A DNA stretch of 64,000 nucleotides, from IMG/VR virus record IMGVR_UViG_3300020204_000008; one strand, 5' to 3'. Below the pieces are notes generated by a model. That model saw only the letters and a program-made list of their open reading frames with translations, was not told the DNA's origin and made no database searches. The translations under genes were made by a program, and so were the position numbers. The DNA comes from a virus. Positions 34,942 through 45,247 of the stretch are shown in pieces (the first letter of the stretch is position 1; the number at the start of each line of letters is the position of its first letter).

Positions 34942-35173
34942 ATTGCTTAATTATTTCAAGAATGTCACTAGGGGTCAACTTTGAACCTAGCTCTTCTTCT
35001 AGTTTATTTATTACGTTTTTCTCCTGTTCTCTAGTCGTGTGTAATATCTCACTCACAGTCTTTCTTTCCTCTTCAAGTCGAGCAGCTTCCTGTTCTATTC
35101 TCTTAAACTGGGAGTTTATGGCAGAGTACGTCTGGTATAAACTATGTAATTGTCCCTTTAAAATTTTTTCCAT
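34934..35173 (-). CDS. coiled-coil hypothetical protein
   Basis: ORF track. Confidence 0.65.
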   Translation of the reverse strand: MEKILKGQLHSLYQTYSAINSQFKRIEQEAARLEEERKTVSEILHTTREQEKNVINKLEEELGSKLTPSDILEIIKQYE

Positions 35174-35174
35174 C

Positions 35175-36932
35175 TTATGATTCTTTTAGTGTTACTTCGA
35201 TTCCGCTCATTAGGATCCTTTCTACTCTATTTATCGATTGTGCCAGCTGATTTAGATCGACGATAACTGGTTGATTTTGAGAAGAAGACTGTTGTTGGGA
35301 AACAGTATTTGGTGAAGGTTGAGTGGTGTTTGATGATTGTGAAATCGTCGTGTTTGATGCAGTATTAGTATTAGCAGTAGACGATGAACTTGTAGTCGAT
35401 GCAATGGGTTCAGTCTTAACCATGGTCGTTTCTTTGACCATTGATGGCTTAGTCTCTTCCATTTTTATCATGCTTGAATTTTCAGAATTGACTTTTGAAA
35501 AATTTTCTGACTTTTCGATATTTGAAGAATTCAAGTTATTAAAATAAGTTTCTTTATTTTCTCTACTTGTTTTTAAGCTAGTACCCGACCCTCTTCTCTC
35601 TCCAGGGATAGATTTATCTTTTTCTAGATTCAGTGAATTTTCACTGAATGATTTTTTGACTTCGGAAACTCTAGACTCAAAATTTGAAGTGGTGACTCCA
35701 AATAACTCTTTTGCCTGTTGTCCAAGCTCACCAGTCGAGGGCAGATTTAAAAAATCACCAGCCTTTGACACAATCTTTCCGACTTTTGATAAGAAACCTC
35801 CTCTTTTTCGACCCTCCTCTTTTTCACTAGTTGAATAATTAATCTCGCTTCTTTGATTATTCTCGTTTTTATTCTCGTTTATGTTAATTAAGCTTGTGGT
35901 AGAAGGATTATTATTAGTCGTACTAGTCGAAGATTCAGTAGTATTTACAGTGGACCCTCCTGACATATTGAAAAAGCTTCCAGCCGGTTCTTTGGTAGAT
36001 TCAATCGATTTGGTCGGCTTATTATTCTCAATGTTTATATTGATTGCTGGGTTCTGTTTTTCTTCAATCTTAGGTTTCTCCTCAGTTACTTCTACTTTTT
36101 TTGAAGTAAGTGCTCCTTCTGAACTAGTAACGTTAGTTGGTTCTTTAGTCGAAGCAGTCTTTTCATTAATCGTGCCTTCTGATTTAGCTTGTGTGCTTGA
36201 CTTATTTTCAGTAATCTCATTCTTGGGTTTTTCATTAATTGTTGATTCTCCTTGATTCTGTGTTTTTTCTTGAGTACTGACTTCGGTCTTGGGTTTTTCA
36301 TTAATCGGAGAACTTGAAGCAGGCTTAGGTTTTTCAGTAGTCGACACCTTCGCTGAAGATTTCTTTTTATCGTACAGCTCCTTAAATGCTGCCTTTACGA
36401 GTCCATCTGCACCATATGAGTTTAGCCTGATGTATAAATTATAGGGATTGATACCTAACAGGTCTACAAAAAGATCGTCTTCGATTGCAAAAACCTGATC
36501 AAACGTTATTTTCGGGTCAGCTTTTTGTTTTTTTAGGATCGCTGAATAAAACTTATCAAACTCCTCAGTTATTTCGGCTTCCGGATTGATGTTTTTTAAG
36601 TACTCTTCGATCTCGGCTTTTTTATTTAGCCCTGCCTGGCCTTCTTGTAACCTAGTCCATAACCCTGGGCTTATCTTTTCGGCCCCTTCCTTGATAGCAT
36701 TGAGCTTTTCAGGATCAAGAGTATTCGGATCATCCCCTATTTGACCATTAGGCGAGTATATTCCAAAAAGATCTGCAATCGCTAGCTGATAGCCTTTATA
36801 CTTCTTTTTGTTTTTGCTTGCTTCCTTCAGCTCATCCGTTGGATAAGGATGAGAGTTAGCATAGTCTAGCCTTTTTTGTATCTCCCTTTGGATTCCTAGA
36901 TTAGCTTCCCGTACGTATGCAGCAACACTCAA
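35175..36932 (-). CDS. low-complexity S/T/K/E-rich tail-associated protein
   Basis: Follows chaperone pair; repeated TINEKPK/INEK. Confidence 0.5.
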   Translation of the reverse strand: MSVAAYVREANLGIQREIQKRLDYANSHPYPTDELKEASKNKKKYKGYQLAIADLFGIYSPNGQIGDDPNTLDPEKLNAIKEGAEKISPGLWTRLQEGQAGLNKKAEIEEYLKNINPEAEITEEFDKFYSAILKKQKADPKITFDQVFAIEDDLFVDLLGINPYNLYIRLNSYGADGLVKAAFKELYDKKKSSAKVSTTEKPKPASSSPINEKPKTEVSTQEKTQNQGESTINEKPKNEITENKSSTQAKSEGTINEKTASTKEPTNVTSSEGALTSKKVEVTEEKPKIEEKQNPAININIENNKPTKSIESTKEPAGSFFNMSGGSTVNTTESSTSTTNNNPSTTSLININENKNENNQRSEINYSTSEKEEGRKRGGFLSKVGKIVSKAGDFLNLPSTGELGQQAKELFGVTTSNFESRVSEVKKSFSENSLNLEKDKSIPGERRGSGTSLKTSRENKETYFNNLNSSNIEKSENFSKVNSENSSMIKMEETKPSMVKETTMVKTEPIASTTSSSSTANTNTASNTTISQSSNTTQPSPNTVSQQQSSSQNQPVIVDLNQLAQSINRVERILMSGIEVTLKES

Positions 36933-36953
36933 AGCGTAGAATTTTTTTATTAT

Positions 36954-37172
36954 TTATTTAAGTTTCAAATCATCTGGAAGATTAACTCTTACTGGTTGAT
37001 TTGAATTCATTAGGTTGGAGAACACGTCATCTGGGTTGTTCTTTTTATCGATCTCCTCATTGACTATGTTTAAGAGTATGGAATATTCCATGTATTCCAT
37101 CTCATATAGGGTATCAAACGATTGGTTAAGCTTCACTGCCAAGTCTTTATTAAGCTTAAATAAGTTCATCAA
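36954..37172 (-). CDS. small tail/hub assembly chaperone (probable frameshift extension of upstream gene)
   Basis: LNQSFDTLYEMEYMEYSILL; frame open back through the T7 run at 37220-37226. Confidence 0.6.
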   Translation of the reverse strand: MMNLFKLNKDLAVKLNQSFDTLYEMEYMEYSILLNIVNEEIDKKNNPDDVFSNLMNSNQPVRVNLPDDLKLK

Positions 37173-38154
37173 GTCCAGCTGAAATAATGAAAATATCTTT
37201 GACAGTGAAGCTTCCTTCCAAAAAAATGTGGCTCTCCGTCGTGTCTTTACACTTATCGCATACGCTGATTACTTTGTTTAGACTTGCTTTTTTTAACTGT
37301 TGAGTGAATTTATGAATAAAGACGAACTTGTTTTCTGGCCAACTTGCAGAATTGAATTTTAATTCTGTCAAGACTGAACTGCTTAATTGTCGCCAATCCC
37401 GAATCAAGTATGGACCAGATTCATAGAATGCTTCATCTATTTCAACTCCTTTATTTATGTCCTCTTGTCTCTTAAGCCTAAACTTGTTTTCAACACCGAT
37501 TGTTGGCAAGTAAATATAGAAAGTCTCATTTAATTTTTCAGAAACTATTTTAAAGCAACGGTCCTCCTCAGAATACCATTTCATTAGCTCATCAGGACAC
37601 TCAAAGCCCTTTAGGTTTTGGCTACCTACCTGTATCTTGTTTATGTGACCACACCTTTCGTTTGAGCACTTTATGTTTGCCCAAAGCTTGTTTTCCTGAT
37701 TTGGAAAAGTCAGCTCATATACTCTAAATAGGATATGATATCTGTCTACTTCCAAAAAATCATTGAAGTTTAGTGGTCTTCCTCCAGGAATCTTGATTCT
37801 AGTACAGGCGTTTAACACAAAATTAATCTTTTCCCTAACGTCCAATGGATCATTCTCATCAATCGTAGACCAGTGACGAATCTCTTTGGTCTTTGCCGAT
37901 CTTAATAGTAGCTCTGTTCCTTCTGGATAGAATAGTCCCAATGATGGAAGCGATCGTAGATCTAATAGTTTCCAAGAGGATTCGCCTGCTGCCGAAAGCT
38001 CTGGCGTTTCAGAATATCCTCGTATTTGACCCAACGCCTTTGGAGTGGGTTCTTCTCTAGTTTCCTCAACCGTGATCGTATTTACTCCATGTATTCGATC
38101 CTGTTCTTCTAGGAAACGCGCAGCTTCTTCTTCATCGATTCCGTTTAATTGCAT
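37156..38154 (-). CDS. T4 gp26-like baseplate hub assembly protein
   Basis: LPSLGLFYP..LRSAKTKEI; two Cys pairs (CSNERC, CDKC). Confidence 0.7.
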   Translation of the reverse strand: MQLNGIDEEEAARFLEEQDRIHGVNTITVEETREEPTPKALGQIRGYSETPELSAAGESSWKLLDLRSLPSLGLFYPEGTELLLRSAKTKEIRHWSTIDENDPLDVREKINFVLNACTRIKIPGGRPLNFNDFLEVDRYHILFRVYELTFPNQENKLWANIKCSNERCGHINKIQVGSQNLKGFECPDELMKWYSEEDRCFKIVSEKLNETFYIYLPTIGVENKFRLKRQEDINKGVEIDEAFYESGPYLIRDWRQLSSSVLTELKFNSASWPENKFVFIHKFTQQLKKASLNKVISVCDKCKDTTESHIFLEGSFTVKDIFIISAGLDELI

Positions 38155-38217
38155 AAAAAATGGTTTTTTATCTTATATACAAAAGATGATGCTTGGTTCT
38201 AGCAAGAAATACTTTGC

Positions 38218-38685
38218 TTAAGAATTAATGAATTCAAAAAAACGTAAAGCTCTATTAGATCTGCTTTCATATATTCTCTCAATTGTATCTACGTAGATCT
38301 CAGTAGATTCAAGAGTAGATGGATTTTTTATCCATGCTCTAATAGAGTTTGCCACATAGTTTGGAACAATTTTATCCAATTTTCCGACCATTACTTTTCC
38401 GTTTTCTGAATTGATTTGAGAATTAATCACAATACCTCTAACCCTATCTCCGGGTTTAAAGTAGAATCTTAGTTTACTTATTTGTTGATCGAATGGAGAT
38501 ACACCAGGATCACCCTTGATCGACATATCAGTCAGCGGATTCTGCTTTATCGATACTCCTGGAGTGAATTGACTTCGGCCTGTAGTAAAGTTAAAGTCTC
38601 CCTTGGTTCCATAGAAGGGTAGACCTCTTCCAAAGTCCTTCGAAGGCATGGCTGCCCCATCATAAAACTCATCGATTCTCTCCAT
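38218..38685 (-). CDS. hypothetical protein with C-terminal targeting-like motif
   Basis: Ends IYESRSNRALRFFEFINS. Confidence 0.65.
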   Translation of the reverse strand: MERIDEFYDGAAMPSKDFGRGLPFYGTKGDFNFTTGRSQFTPGVSIKQNPLTDMSIKGDPGVSPFDQQISKLRFYFKPGDRVRGIVINSQINSENGKVMVGKLDKIVPNYVANSIRAWIKNPSTLESTEIYVDTIERIYESRSNRALRFFEFINS

Positions 38686-39092
38686 TAGAATACGGTAGGT
38701 AAAGTTTTTCTCTTATATCCAAGAACTGTGTAATTTCCTTCTTCGTCTATCTCAACTTCACTTGAGTCACAAAAAATAAATTTCTTTAGGTATAAATCTA
38801 TGATTGGTCTCCAAGTTTGAAGATAAGTTATCGGATATAGCGGAGCATTAGTATCATCATTATCTAGTCCCCAAATCTTTACGTGAGTCGCAGTAGAAAT
38901 AGAAGTAAGATCGGCAAACTCAATTCTAAAGATTGGACCCTTTGCGTTTCCGTACTGTGCAAGTTCTCCTATTTGATAATAACCTAGTCCAGTCGTCTCA
39001 ATGGCTGATCTTCTTCTGTCTGTTCTAATAAAAGTAGGCTCATAATTGATCCCAGCATTAATGTTAATTATTTCAGTTGCGTAACTAGTCAT
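38685..39092 (-). CDS. hypothetical (structural region)
   Basis: ORF track. Confidence 0.65.
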   Translation of the reverse strand: MTSYATEIININAGINYEPTFIRTDRRRSAIETTGLGYYQIGELAQYGNAKGPIFRIEFADLTSISTATHVKIWGLDNDDTNAPLYPITYLQTWRPIIDLYLKKFIFCDSSEVEIDEEGNYTVLGYKRKTLPTVF

Positions 39093-39106
39093 TTATTTAA
39101 AGTTTT

Positions 39107-39643
39107 TTATAGAGCCGTACCAAATAAAATCAATGCAGAAACTCTAATTTGATAATTATTATTTTGGTTACTTAGTACTATTTTATTTATTATTTGAGCA
39201 GGGTCGTTTGATTTAGGATTAGTAAAAATGGAAAAGAAATTGTACATTGGATAAAATGTCATGTCTCCATTGTACCTCGTAATTTCTAACGACACATTCT
39301 TATCTGAAATCAAGATCTCCTCTGAATTTAGATCGTTTGTTGGATAAGTTACTTTTACTAAAATTCCTCTAACATATGACTTACCGCTTTCTAATTCTGC
39401 TAGTGGAATAGGCAAGTCATTGTCAAATAGAGTTATCTCGTCAGATCCGCTCCCATTTTCTTTAACAGTTATGCCGATACACGAATAACCGTCAGTAGGA
39501 AACGCAAAATCCTTTAGGCAAAAATCTTCAGATATCTCCTTTCCATCAACGATACCAAAACATTTATTATCAAATAATTGAAGTATTGGCTGATTTTCAT
39601 AACCCCCACAGCAGTCGCATATCTCATTCAAATTAGGTACCAT
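39107..39643 (-). CDS. hypothetical (structural region)
   Basis: ORF track; AATAAATA upstream. Confidence 0.65.
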   Translation of the reverse strand: MVPNLNEICDCCGGYENQPILQLFDNKCFGIVDGKEISEDFCLKDFAFPTDGYSCIGITVKENGSGSDEITLFDNDLPIPLAELESGKSYVRGILVKVTYPTNDLNSEEILISDKNVSLEITRYNGDMTFYPMYNFFSIFTNPKSNDPAQIINKIVLSNQNNNYQIRVSALILFGTAL

Positions 39644-39671
39644 TTGCCCCCTGTTTTTTATTATTTATTTT

Positions 39672-40505
39672 TTAAAAACGAGGTAAATTGTTGTCGTAGG
39701 TATTTGGTTTCTTTTTGGTTAAAAATACTCCTGGTTTTACATCAGTCGGTTTATCAGTCCTTGGACTTTTTTCTGACTTTGGTACGAACTTAACGGTGTC
39801 CTCAATCGATGGAAGCTCTTCTTCTATCTCTTCTTTAAGATATGGTGTAAAGGCCAGAGCAGACGGTTCTTCTTCTATCTCTTCAGGAGTAGGATCTTGT
39901 AGCTTGCCCTCTTCCTTAAGCTCAGCAACCCTCTTCCAAACACGATCAGCCTCATCCTGTAAATCCGATTTTTCATATTCTTCTATGATCTCCTTAGAAT
40001 CTTCTAAATTATCTTCTTCTTGATATACAACTGGCTCAAGGTCTCGATCTCCATATTTAATAAAGAAGTGTAAACACGTCAATGAAATTAAAGGAAGTAA
40101 ACCTCCCTCCAATATTGCAAGCAGTCTACGTTGAGCCACTAGATCTGAAGTATCACTAAACGAATCAAATAGAGGAAGAGTAAGTTCAGCCCAATCTTTA
40201 AATTCTTTGGAAGCAACGTCGATCTCAGTATAACTATAATAGATGTTACCTATGAATTGGATCAGAGTAACTATGATAAAAACAAACCATACTGAAAATC
40301 CTTTTACTCTTACTGATGATGCGGCAATCGATGAAAGAGCAGCAACCTCAACTGCAATCGACAAATATATCGCCCAGTTTATTGGATTTCCCAAATCGTA
40401 CCATCCAACAACGTGAGAGATTGAGATTATTGCGACCGATAGAATCGGTATCAGAAAGGCTGATCTAATTATCGATTCTTTATTTCGATTTATCCAACTA
40501 ATCAT
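39672..40505 (-). CDS. multi-pass membrane protein with acidic tail
   Basis: About 4 hydrophobic helices; AIYLSIAVEVAAL. Confidence 0.75.
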   Translation of the reverse strand: MISWINRNKESIIRSAFLIPILSVAIISISHVVGWYDLGNPINWAIYLSIAVEVAALSSIAASSVRVKGFSVWFVFIIVTLIQFIGNIYYSYTEIDVASKEFKDWAELTLPLFDSFSDTSDLVAQRRLLAILEGGLLPLISLTCLHFFIKYGDRDLEPVVYQEEDNLEDSKEIIEEYEKSDLQDEADRVWKRVAELKEEGKLQDPTPEEIEEEPSALAFTPYLKEEIEEELPSIEDTVKFVPKSEKSPRTDKPTDVKPGVFLTKKKPNTYDNNLPRF

Positions 40506-40514
40506 TTTATTTGA

Positions 40515-40805
40515 TTATTTTTCTAAAGAGGTGATCTCTTTATCGATTTCAGCCTGACGATTAACGTCAAGTATCTTACGATCAGTAGATTGGATCATTC
40601 TTTTTTCTACCTTAAGTCCCTCGATCTTAAGATCCTTATTCGTTACTGTGATCTTTTCTAGTGAGTCTACCTTTTGAGATAATACGTCTATCTTTTTATT
40701 TAACGGCTTTGTTGGATTTCCGCAAGTGTTGAATAAGATAGTGAGTAGCAAAATCAAAAATACTTTTGAGTGATGCTTTTCCATAAATATTTCTAATTTC
40801 TTCAT
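40515..40805 (-). CDS. membrane-anchored coiled-coil protein / possible lipoprotein
   Basis: VFLILLLTILFNTCG. Confidence 0.6.
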   Translation of the reverse strand: MKKLEIFMEKHHSKVFLILLLTILFNTCGNPTKPLNKKIDVLSQKVDSLEKITVTNKDLKIEGLKVEKRMIQSTDRKILDVNRQAEIDKEITSLEK

Positions 40806-40826
40806 GTGATTTTATTTTTTTATTTA

Positions 40827-41288
40827 TTAGGATATTAATAGTGCTGAACCTATTAATGCTAGCACTAGGGTTGAAAAGTAAGAAATCGAATAGATTAAAT
40901 CTGACTTTTTATATTTTTTAAAGTTAAAACTGATTTGTAATATGTAGCCATAAAAAGAATCAGTCTGTACCCTTTCATAGTCTACTTTAATTGAATCTAG
41001 TAATCCTTCCTTGGTTAAAAAGTCATTATACTTATTCATTTTTTCTGAGATTAATTTGAGTTCAACCGACTCTTGAGAAGTCTCAGAATAGAGAAGGAGT
41101 TCAGGATTAAGGTCTATTCCGATGTACATATTGGAATTAGAATCAGCCCTAAGTCCAATTTCATCCAATTTTCCGGTTTTATTGAGCTCGACTACTATTT
41201 TTTTGAAAGTTCGATAATTGCCAAGTTCTTCCAAACATATTGAAAGCTTCTTATATACTTTACTAGGGGAAATATAATCAAGTATCAT
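40827..41288 (-). CDS. hypothetical protein with C-terminal TM
   Basis: ORF track. Confidence 0.65.
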   Translation of the reverse strand: MILDYISPSKVYKKLSICLEELGNYRTFKKIVVELNKTGKLDEIGLRADSNSNMYIGIDLNPELLLYSETSQESVELKLISEKMNKYNDFLTKEGLLDSIKVDYERVQTDSFYGYILQISFNFKKYKKSDLIYSISYFSTLVLALIGSALLIS

Positions 41289-41908
41289 ATGATTAATTTT
41301 ATTTTTTCTTCGAATTGAGGGTTTTTAAGCAGAACAGAAAACCTGATATCTGACCTGATCTTACGAAGTTTAGTCTTTACTGTGTTTTCGTTTATCTCAT
41401 AATCGAGTGCTATCTGCTTTACTTTTTTATTTTTTATCATTTTATCGATAGCGATATTCTTAAGGAGAGGATCTTCTATGAGCAGTATTTCATCAACTGT
41501 CGTTTGATAGATGTCATCGATGTCAGTAAAGGAACTTACTTCTTCTAATTCACCAGGATTTTCGATCTTAGAATACACGGTTTCAATGTCGTAGTGGGAA
41601 TTCTTTTTTAGATGATGAAGATAGAGTAGAGTTTCATTACGAGCGATCGTGTAGATCCATGTAGTAAATCTCCCCTTTTCAAAATCAAATTGTGCAAGGT
41701 TTTTAAAAATCTTCTTTAGGGTAAACTGTAAAGCCTCTTCAGTATCAAACTCGTTTTTACAGAACTTCCAAATGTAATATTTAAGCTTTGGATAGATTAG
41801 TCGAGCTAACTCATTTTTTTCTCGATCGGTGTTTTGTTTTTTAAGTAGTTTCTCAGATATTTCTTGAATTCTTTCATTGATTCTTGTGTTGTTTAGCTCG
41901 TACCCCAT
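41285..41908 (-). CDS. ECF-like sigma factor
   Basis: [19 protein letters not shown]; [21 protein letters not shown]. Confidence 0.88.
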   Translation of the reverse strand: MGYELNNTRINERIQEISEKLLKKQNTDREKNELARLIYPKLKYYIWKFCKNEFDTEEALQFTLKKIFKNLAQFDFEKGRFTTWIYTIARNETLLYLHHLKKNSHYDIETVYSKIENPGELEEVSSFTDIDDIYQTTVDEILLIEDPLLKNIAIDKMIKNKKVKQIALDYEINENTVKTKLRKIRSDIRFSVLLKNPQFEEKIKLII

Positions 41909-41933
41909 AAATTTATGCCTCCATGATTTTATT

Positions 41934-42221
41934 TTATTTAAGAGCGTTGATTATTTTTACACACTCTGCGCATTGTTCATACATCTCATGAGATTCATAG
42001 AAAACTATGGCTCCCTCTAGTCCACTTATGAACTTATCCCTCGATAAGTTTATTGTGTATTCAGATTCATTGATCGATATCTTAATCACCTCGACCTCAA
42101 AATGACCATCGTCCTGATAGTGGTTTTTTATTGACTGTAAGAGATTGTCGTAGATCTCTATCTTATGGCGATTAAACACATCGTCAAGCCCAATGTCGCC
42201 TTGAAATTTAAGAATCTTCAT
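41934..42221 (-). CDS. hypothetical protein ([12 protein letters not shown]-like tail)
   Basis: ORF track; TAGTATAAT upstream. Confidence 0.65.
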   Translation of the reverse strand: MKILKFQGDIGLDDVFNRHKIEIYDNLLQSIKNHYQDDGHFEVEVIKISINESEYTINLSRDKFISGLEGAIVFYESHEMYEQCAECVKIINALK

Positions 42222-42271
42222 AGTTTTAATGTTTACACAGCGGTTTCAGTAATATTATACTAAAAAAAATT

Positions 42272-44251
42272 TTAACGTTTAAAAAATTTGTCCTTAATTT
42301 TTTGCATTTTTTCCAAAGAATTTACATCAAACACATGTTGACGATCTTTATTTCCTTTTTCTGATTGATTTAGAGGTGAATTAACTTCACGTAAAGTATC
42401 ATAATCAAATGCAGGTCGATTTGAATTAGACCTGAATAGGCTAAATATTTTTTCCTCGACTTCTTTTCTATATTCGTTAGAAGTGGCTTCGTAAGTCTCA
42501 ATTGAAAGTTCCCACAATTGATTTGATTCTAATGCTGGTGCCAAGTTTATACACGTCATTGCTAAATCATCATTTCCATTTTGTCCTCGATACGTCCCAC
42601 CCTTGCTTTTACCGAAAGCCATAAGTTCCATTACTGTTAAAAAGTCATTTGGCACGATCTTTTTAATCTCAACAAAGTATTTAAACTTTTCACAATATCT
42701 GATTTTATTCGTCGGCCCAAGTCTAAGTCCCGGTTTAACATTGACTGCCATCTCAGTGTGTTTAGTATGAACTAATTGGGATGACCAGTATGCATCATTG
42801 TCCTCTAGCCTATTCTTTATTATCTCTCCTTTATGATTCATCTCAAGCACGATCCTGACGTTTTCGGGATTAAATAGTTCGTATGTGATAAATTCAACGC
42901 CTGCCGCAAAGTCATTGATATCGTATTCATTGGTCCTAAATGTCGCAACTTGTATTAAAGAAGTGGTGTCGATCTCTCCACGAATTGCCTCTTTTTTTCT
43001 AAGAAGCTCGTTTACGGGTAGGCATGCCATCTTATATATGTTCAAGACTGAATAGTCTCCTCCGGTTCCATCTGCAGTATCGATTGAAAATACGTATTTT
43101 GCAGCATCTTTCTTATAGTCATGATAGAGCCGATTGGCATAGTTCGGATGCACAGTAAAACAGCTATTGATCCACTGCTTTTCTTCAGGCAAAGTAAATG
43201 TCGTGTTTACGTAATTTGACTTGATATTATAGAGTCTCTTTAATTCATTGGAGTTTAAGAGTAACTGATCGGATGAAAAGAACTGTAGGCCATACTCCTG
43301 ATTAAAGTCTTCGACTGATCCGAGGTTGGCAATAACTGAATGCTTCCACGCCTCGTCCCTATCCTTAACCTGCCACCAGTCAACCCTAAGTGGAACATAA
43401 TCGCTTTTTCCAGCGATCGCATCGACCCAGATATCATAAAATTTATTTTTACCGTTTGGTGTTGACGTGATGATTACTTTTGCATTTGGGTCAGCTGTGA
43501 TTGTAGGCACGATTGCTCGATAAAACTCATCTAACTTTGCCTCATCGATGTGGGCAAACTCATCGATATACAGGATGTTTACAGTAAGACCGATACCTGA
43601 TTTTTTAGTGGTCGTCCTACCTACAATACGGCTATCGTTATCGAACTTGATATTACCTGAATTGATGTGTTTGATTCCAGGTTTCATAAAAAACGGTAGC
43701 CCATCAAGACAGATCCTAAACTTATCCATTAACTCACGAGTGGTAGTAAAGTTATCAGCAACGATTAGAGCAGTCTTGTCAGATTTGAATAGTAGAAACC
43801 AGAGGATAAAGATTGCTGACGTGACTGATTTACCAGTCTGACGACTTGCCATTAGGATATTCCACTTGTTTCCCTTAAATGATTGTAGTATCTGTTCTTG
43901 AAAATCACGAAGACCCTCAGTTTCCTTGATGTATTTGACACCGTCTCCAGTTTGGATCTTACAATAATTAGTCGCAAAGTAGAGAACATCAGCTTTGCAC
44001 TTTTTAAGTTCTTCTACTTCTTCTGGCGTATATTCAAAGGGCAGGTTTCCTCTCTTTAAGTTAACGTCATTGTCTTTGAATGGAGAATTATGTAGACCCT
44101 TAATGTCAAATCCATCATTTTCAATTGAGTCTAGAAGCTTATTGATACGATTGGTCGTCCAAATCGAAGTATTAGTGTCTTCCGCTGAGCCGGAAAGATT
44201 TGATAGTTTTCGATGGCTAAAAGCGCCACCATTCGTCATGACGTCTTTCAT
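42272..44251 (-). CDS. terL: terminase large subunit (T4 gp17-like)
   Basis: LRDFQ, ASRQTGKS Walker A, YIDEFAH Walker B, ITSTPNG, SIDTADGTGGDYS, NDDLAM. Confidence 0.95.
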   Translation of the reverse strand: MKDVMTNGGAFSHRKLSNLSGSAEDTNTSIWTTNRINKLLDSIENDGFDIKGLHNSPFKDNDVNLKRGNLPFEYTPEEVEELKKCKADVLYFATNYCKIQTGDGVKYIKETEGLRDFQEQILQSFKGNKWNILMASRQTGKSVTSAIFILWFLLFKSDKTALIVADNFTTTRELMDKFRICLDGLPFFMKPGIKHINSGNIKFDNDSRIVGRTTTKKSGIGLTVNILYIDEFAHIDEAKLDEFYRAIVPTITADPNAKVIITSTPNGKNKFYDIWVDAIAGKSDYVPLRVDWWQVKDRDEAWKHSVIANLGSVEDFNQEYGLQFFSSDQLLLNSNELKRLYNIKSNYVNTTFTLPEEKQWINSCFTVHPNYANRLYHDYKKDAAKYVFSIDTADGTGGDYSVLNIYKMACLPVNELLRKKEAIRGEIDTTSLIQVATFRTNEYDINDFAAGVEFITYELFNPENVRIVLEMNHKGEIIKNRLEDNDAYWSSQLVHTKHTEMAVNVKPGLRLGPTNKIRYCEKFKYFVEIKKIVPNDFLTVMELMAFGKSKGGTYRGQNGNDDLAMTCINLAPALESNQLWELSIETYEATSNEYRKEVEEKIFSLFRSNSNRPAFDYDTLREVNSPLNQSEKGNKDRQHVFDVNSLEKMQKIKDKFFKR

Positions 44252-44255
44252 TGGG

Positions 44256-44996
44256 TTAAATTATTTCGTTGATGTCCATAAAATCATCGTCAGCTTCGTC
44301 ATCATCATTCTTAAGCTCTATGTTTCTCTCTCGCATAAGTTCGGACTTATTAGATGGGTCCAATAGACTTCCAGTAGGTACTTTAATTGAGTCTGGTACA
44401 GATTCATCAGGTAAGCTATTAATTAGATTTTTTGTTCCTACTGTGATAAAGAATTGACCCTCAGTAGAGCTTGAATCCACAAATTCTGAGTCCGGGTTCA
44501 CTGGCGCAGCAGAATTCAGCTGACGATATGTGTCTTCAAGAAAGAGCACGTAATTGGCTTGCATCTTGGTGATGGAAGCCATTTTGTCCTGTAACTGACC
44601 CATGACCTCTATTAATCGAGGATGAGTGTTACCTGAGGTGATCTCTTCCATTACCTTGATAATGGTGATCTTAATTGTCTTTAATTGAAAGAAAAGGTTT
44701 GAGATATTGATAGTGTCAAGCTCCTTCTTATGTCGAGCATAGTCATTCTTTTCAAATATTCCAATATCCACGAAGTTTTTAAATAAAGAGTCTGTGATCT
44801 CCCTAGCCTTAACTGTGAATTGATTACTCATCTCCTCAAAATCATATGGACTTTCAGGTCTGGTCTTTTCAGAGATCTCATTATCTATTACCATGTCTCC
44901 ATGTGACTCAGTACCGATCGATCCAAGTAGGGACTGAATCTCGTCCCTGAGGTGAGCACGATTTTCTCGGCTCATTCCTGATTTGTTGCTACCCAT
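44256..44996 (-). CDS. possible terminase small subunit
   Basis: Directly upstream of terL; helical HPRLIEVMGQL segment. Confidence 0.45.
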   Translation of the reverse strand: MGSNKSGMSRENRAHLRDEIQSLLGSIGTESHGDMVIDNEISEKTRPESPYDFEEMSNQFTVKAREITDSLFKNFVDIGIFEKNDYARHKKELDTINISNLFFQLKTIKITIIKVMEEITSGNTHPRLIEVMGQLQDKMASITKMQANYVLFLEDTYRQLNSAAPVNPDSEFVDSSSTEGQFFITVGTKNLINSLPDESVPDSIKVPTGSLLDPSNKSELMRERNIELKNDDDEADDDFMDINEII

Positions 44997-45000
44997 TAAC

Positions 45001-45246
45001 TTATCTAATTTTATTTTCGTACTTGTCCAATGCTGGATTGGCGGTGATCTTTATTTGTTTTACTGCTTCAACCCATTCATAGACGATGCTCTCAACTTGC
45101 TCCAACAAATAATCAAGTAGAGGGTGAGCTCCAAACATCTGTGTAGAAAGGGTATTTTTTAAGATTTTGCCCTTATAATTAAATCCGATGTTTGATCGTT
45201 TTTCTCTGCGCTCAAAGATGGGACGATATATGCTGTTTTTTACCAT
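45001..45246 (-). CDS. small baseplate-associated hypothetical protein
   Basis: Follows the gp6-like gene. Confidence 0.55.
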   Translation of the reverse strand: MVKNSIYRPIFERREKRSNIGFNYKGKILKNTLSTQMFGAHPLLDYLLEQVESIVYEWVEAVKQIKITANPALDKYENKIR

Positions 45247-45247
45247 G

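Noticed and set aside
42272-44251. Intron or intein in terminase
   Set aside because: Continuous ORF with normally spaced motifs; no intein C-terminal HN-C/S/T or homing endonuclease signature seen.
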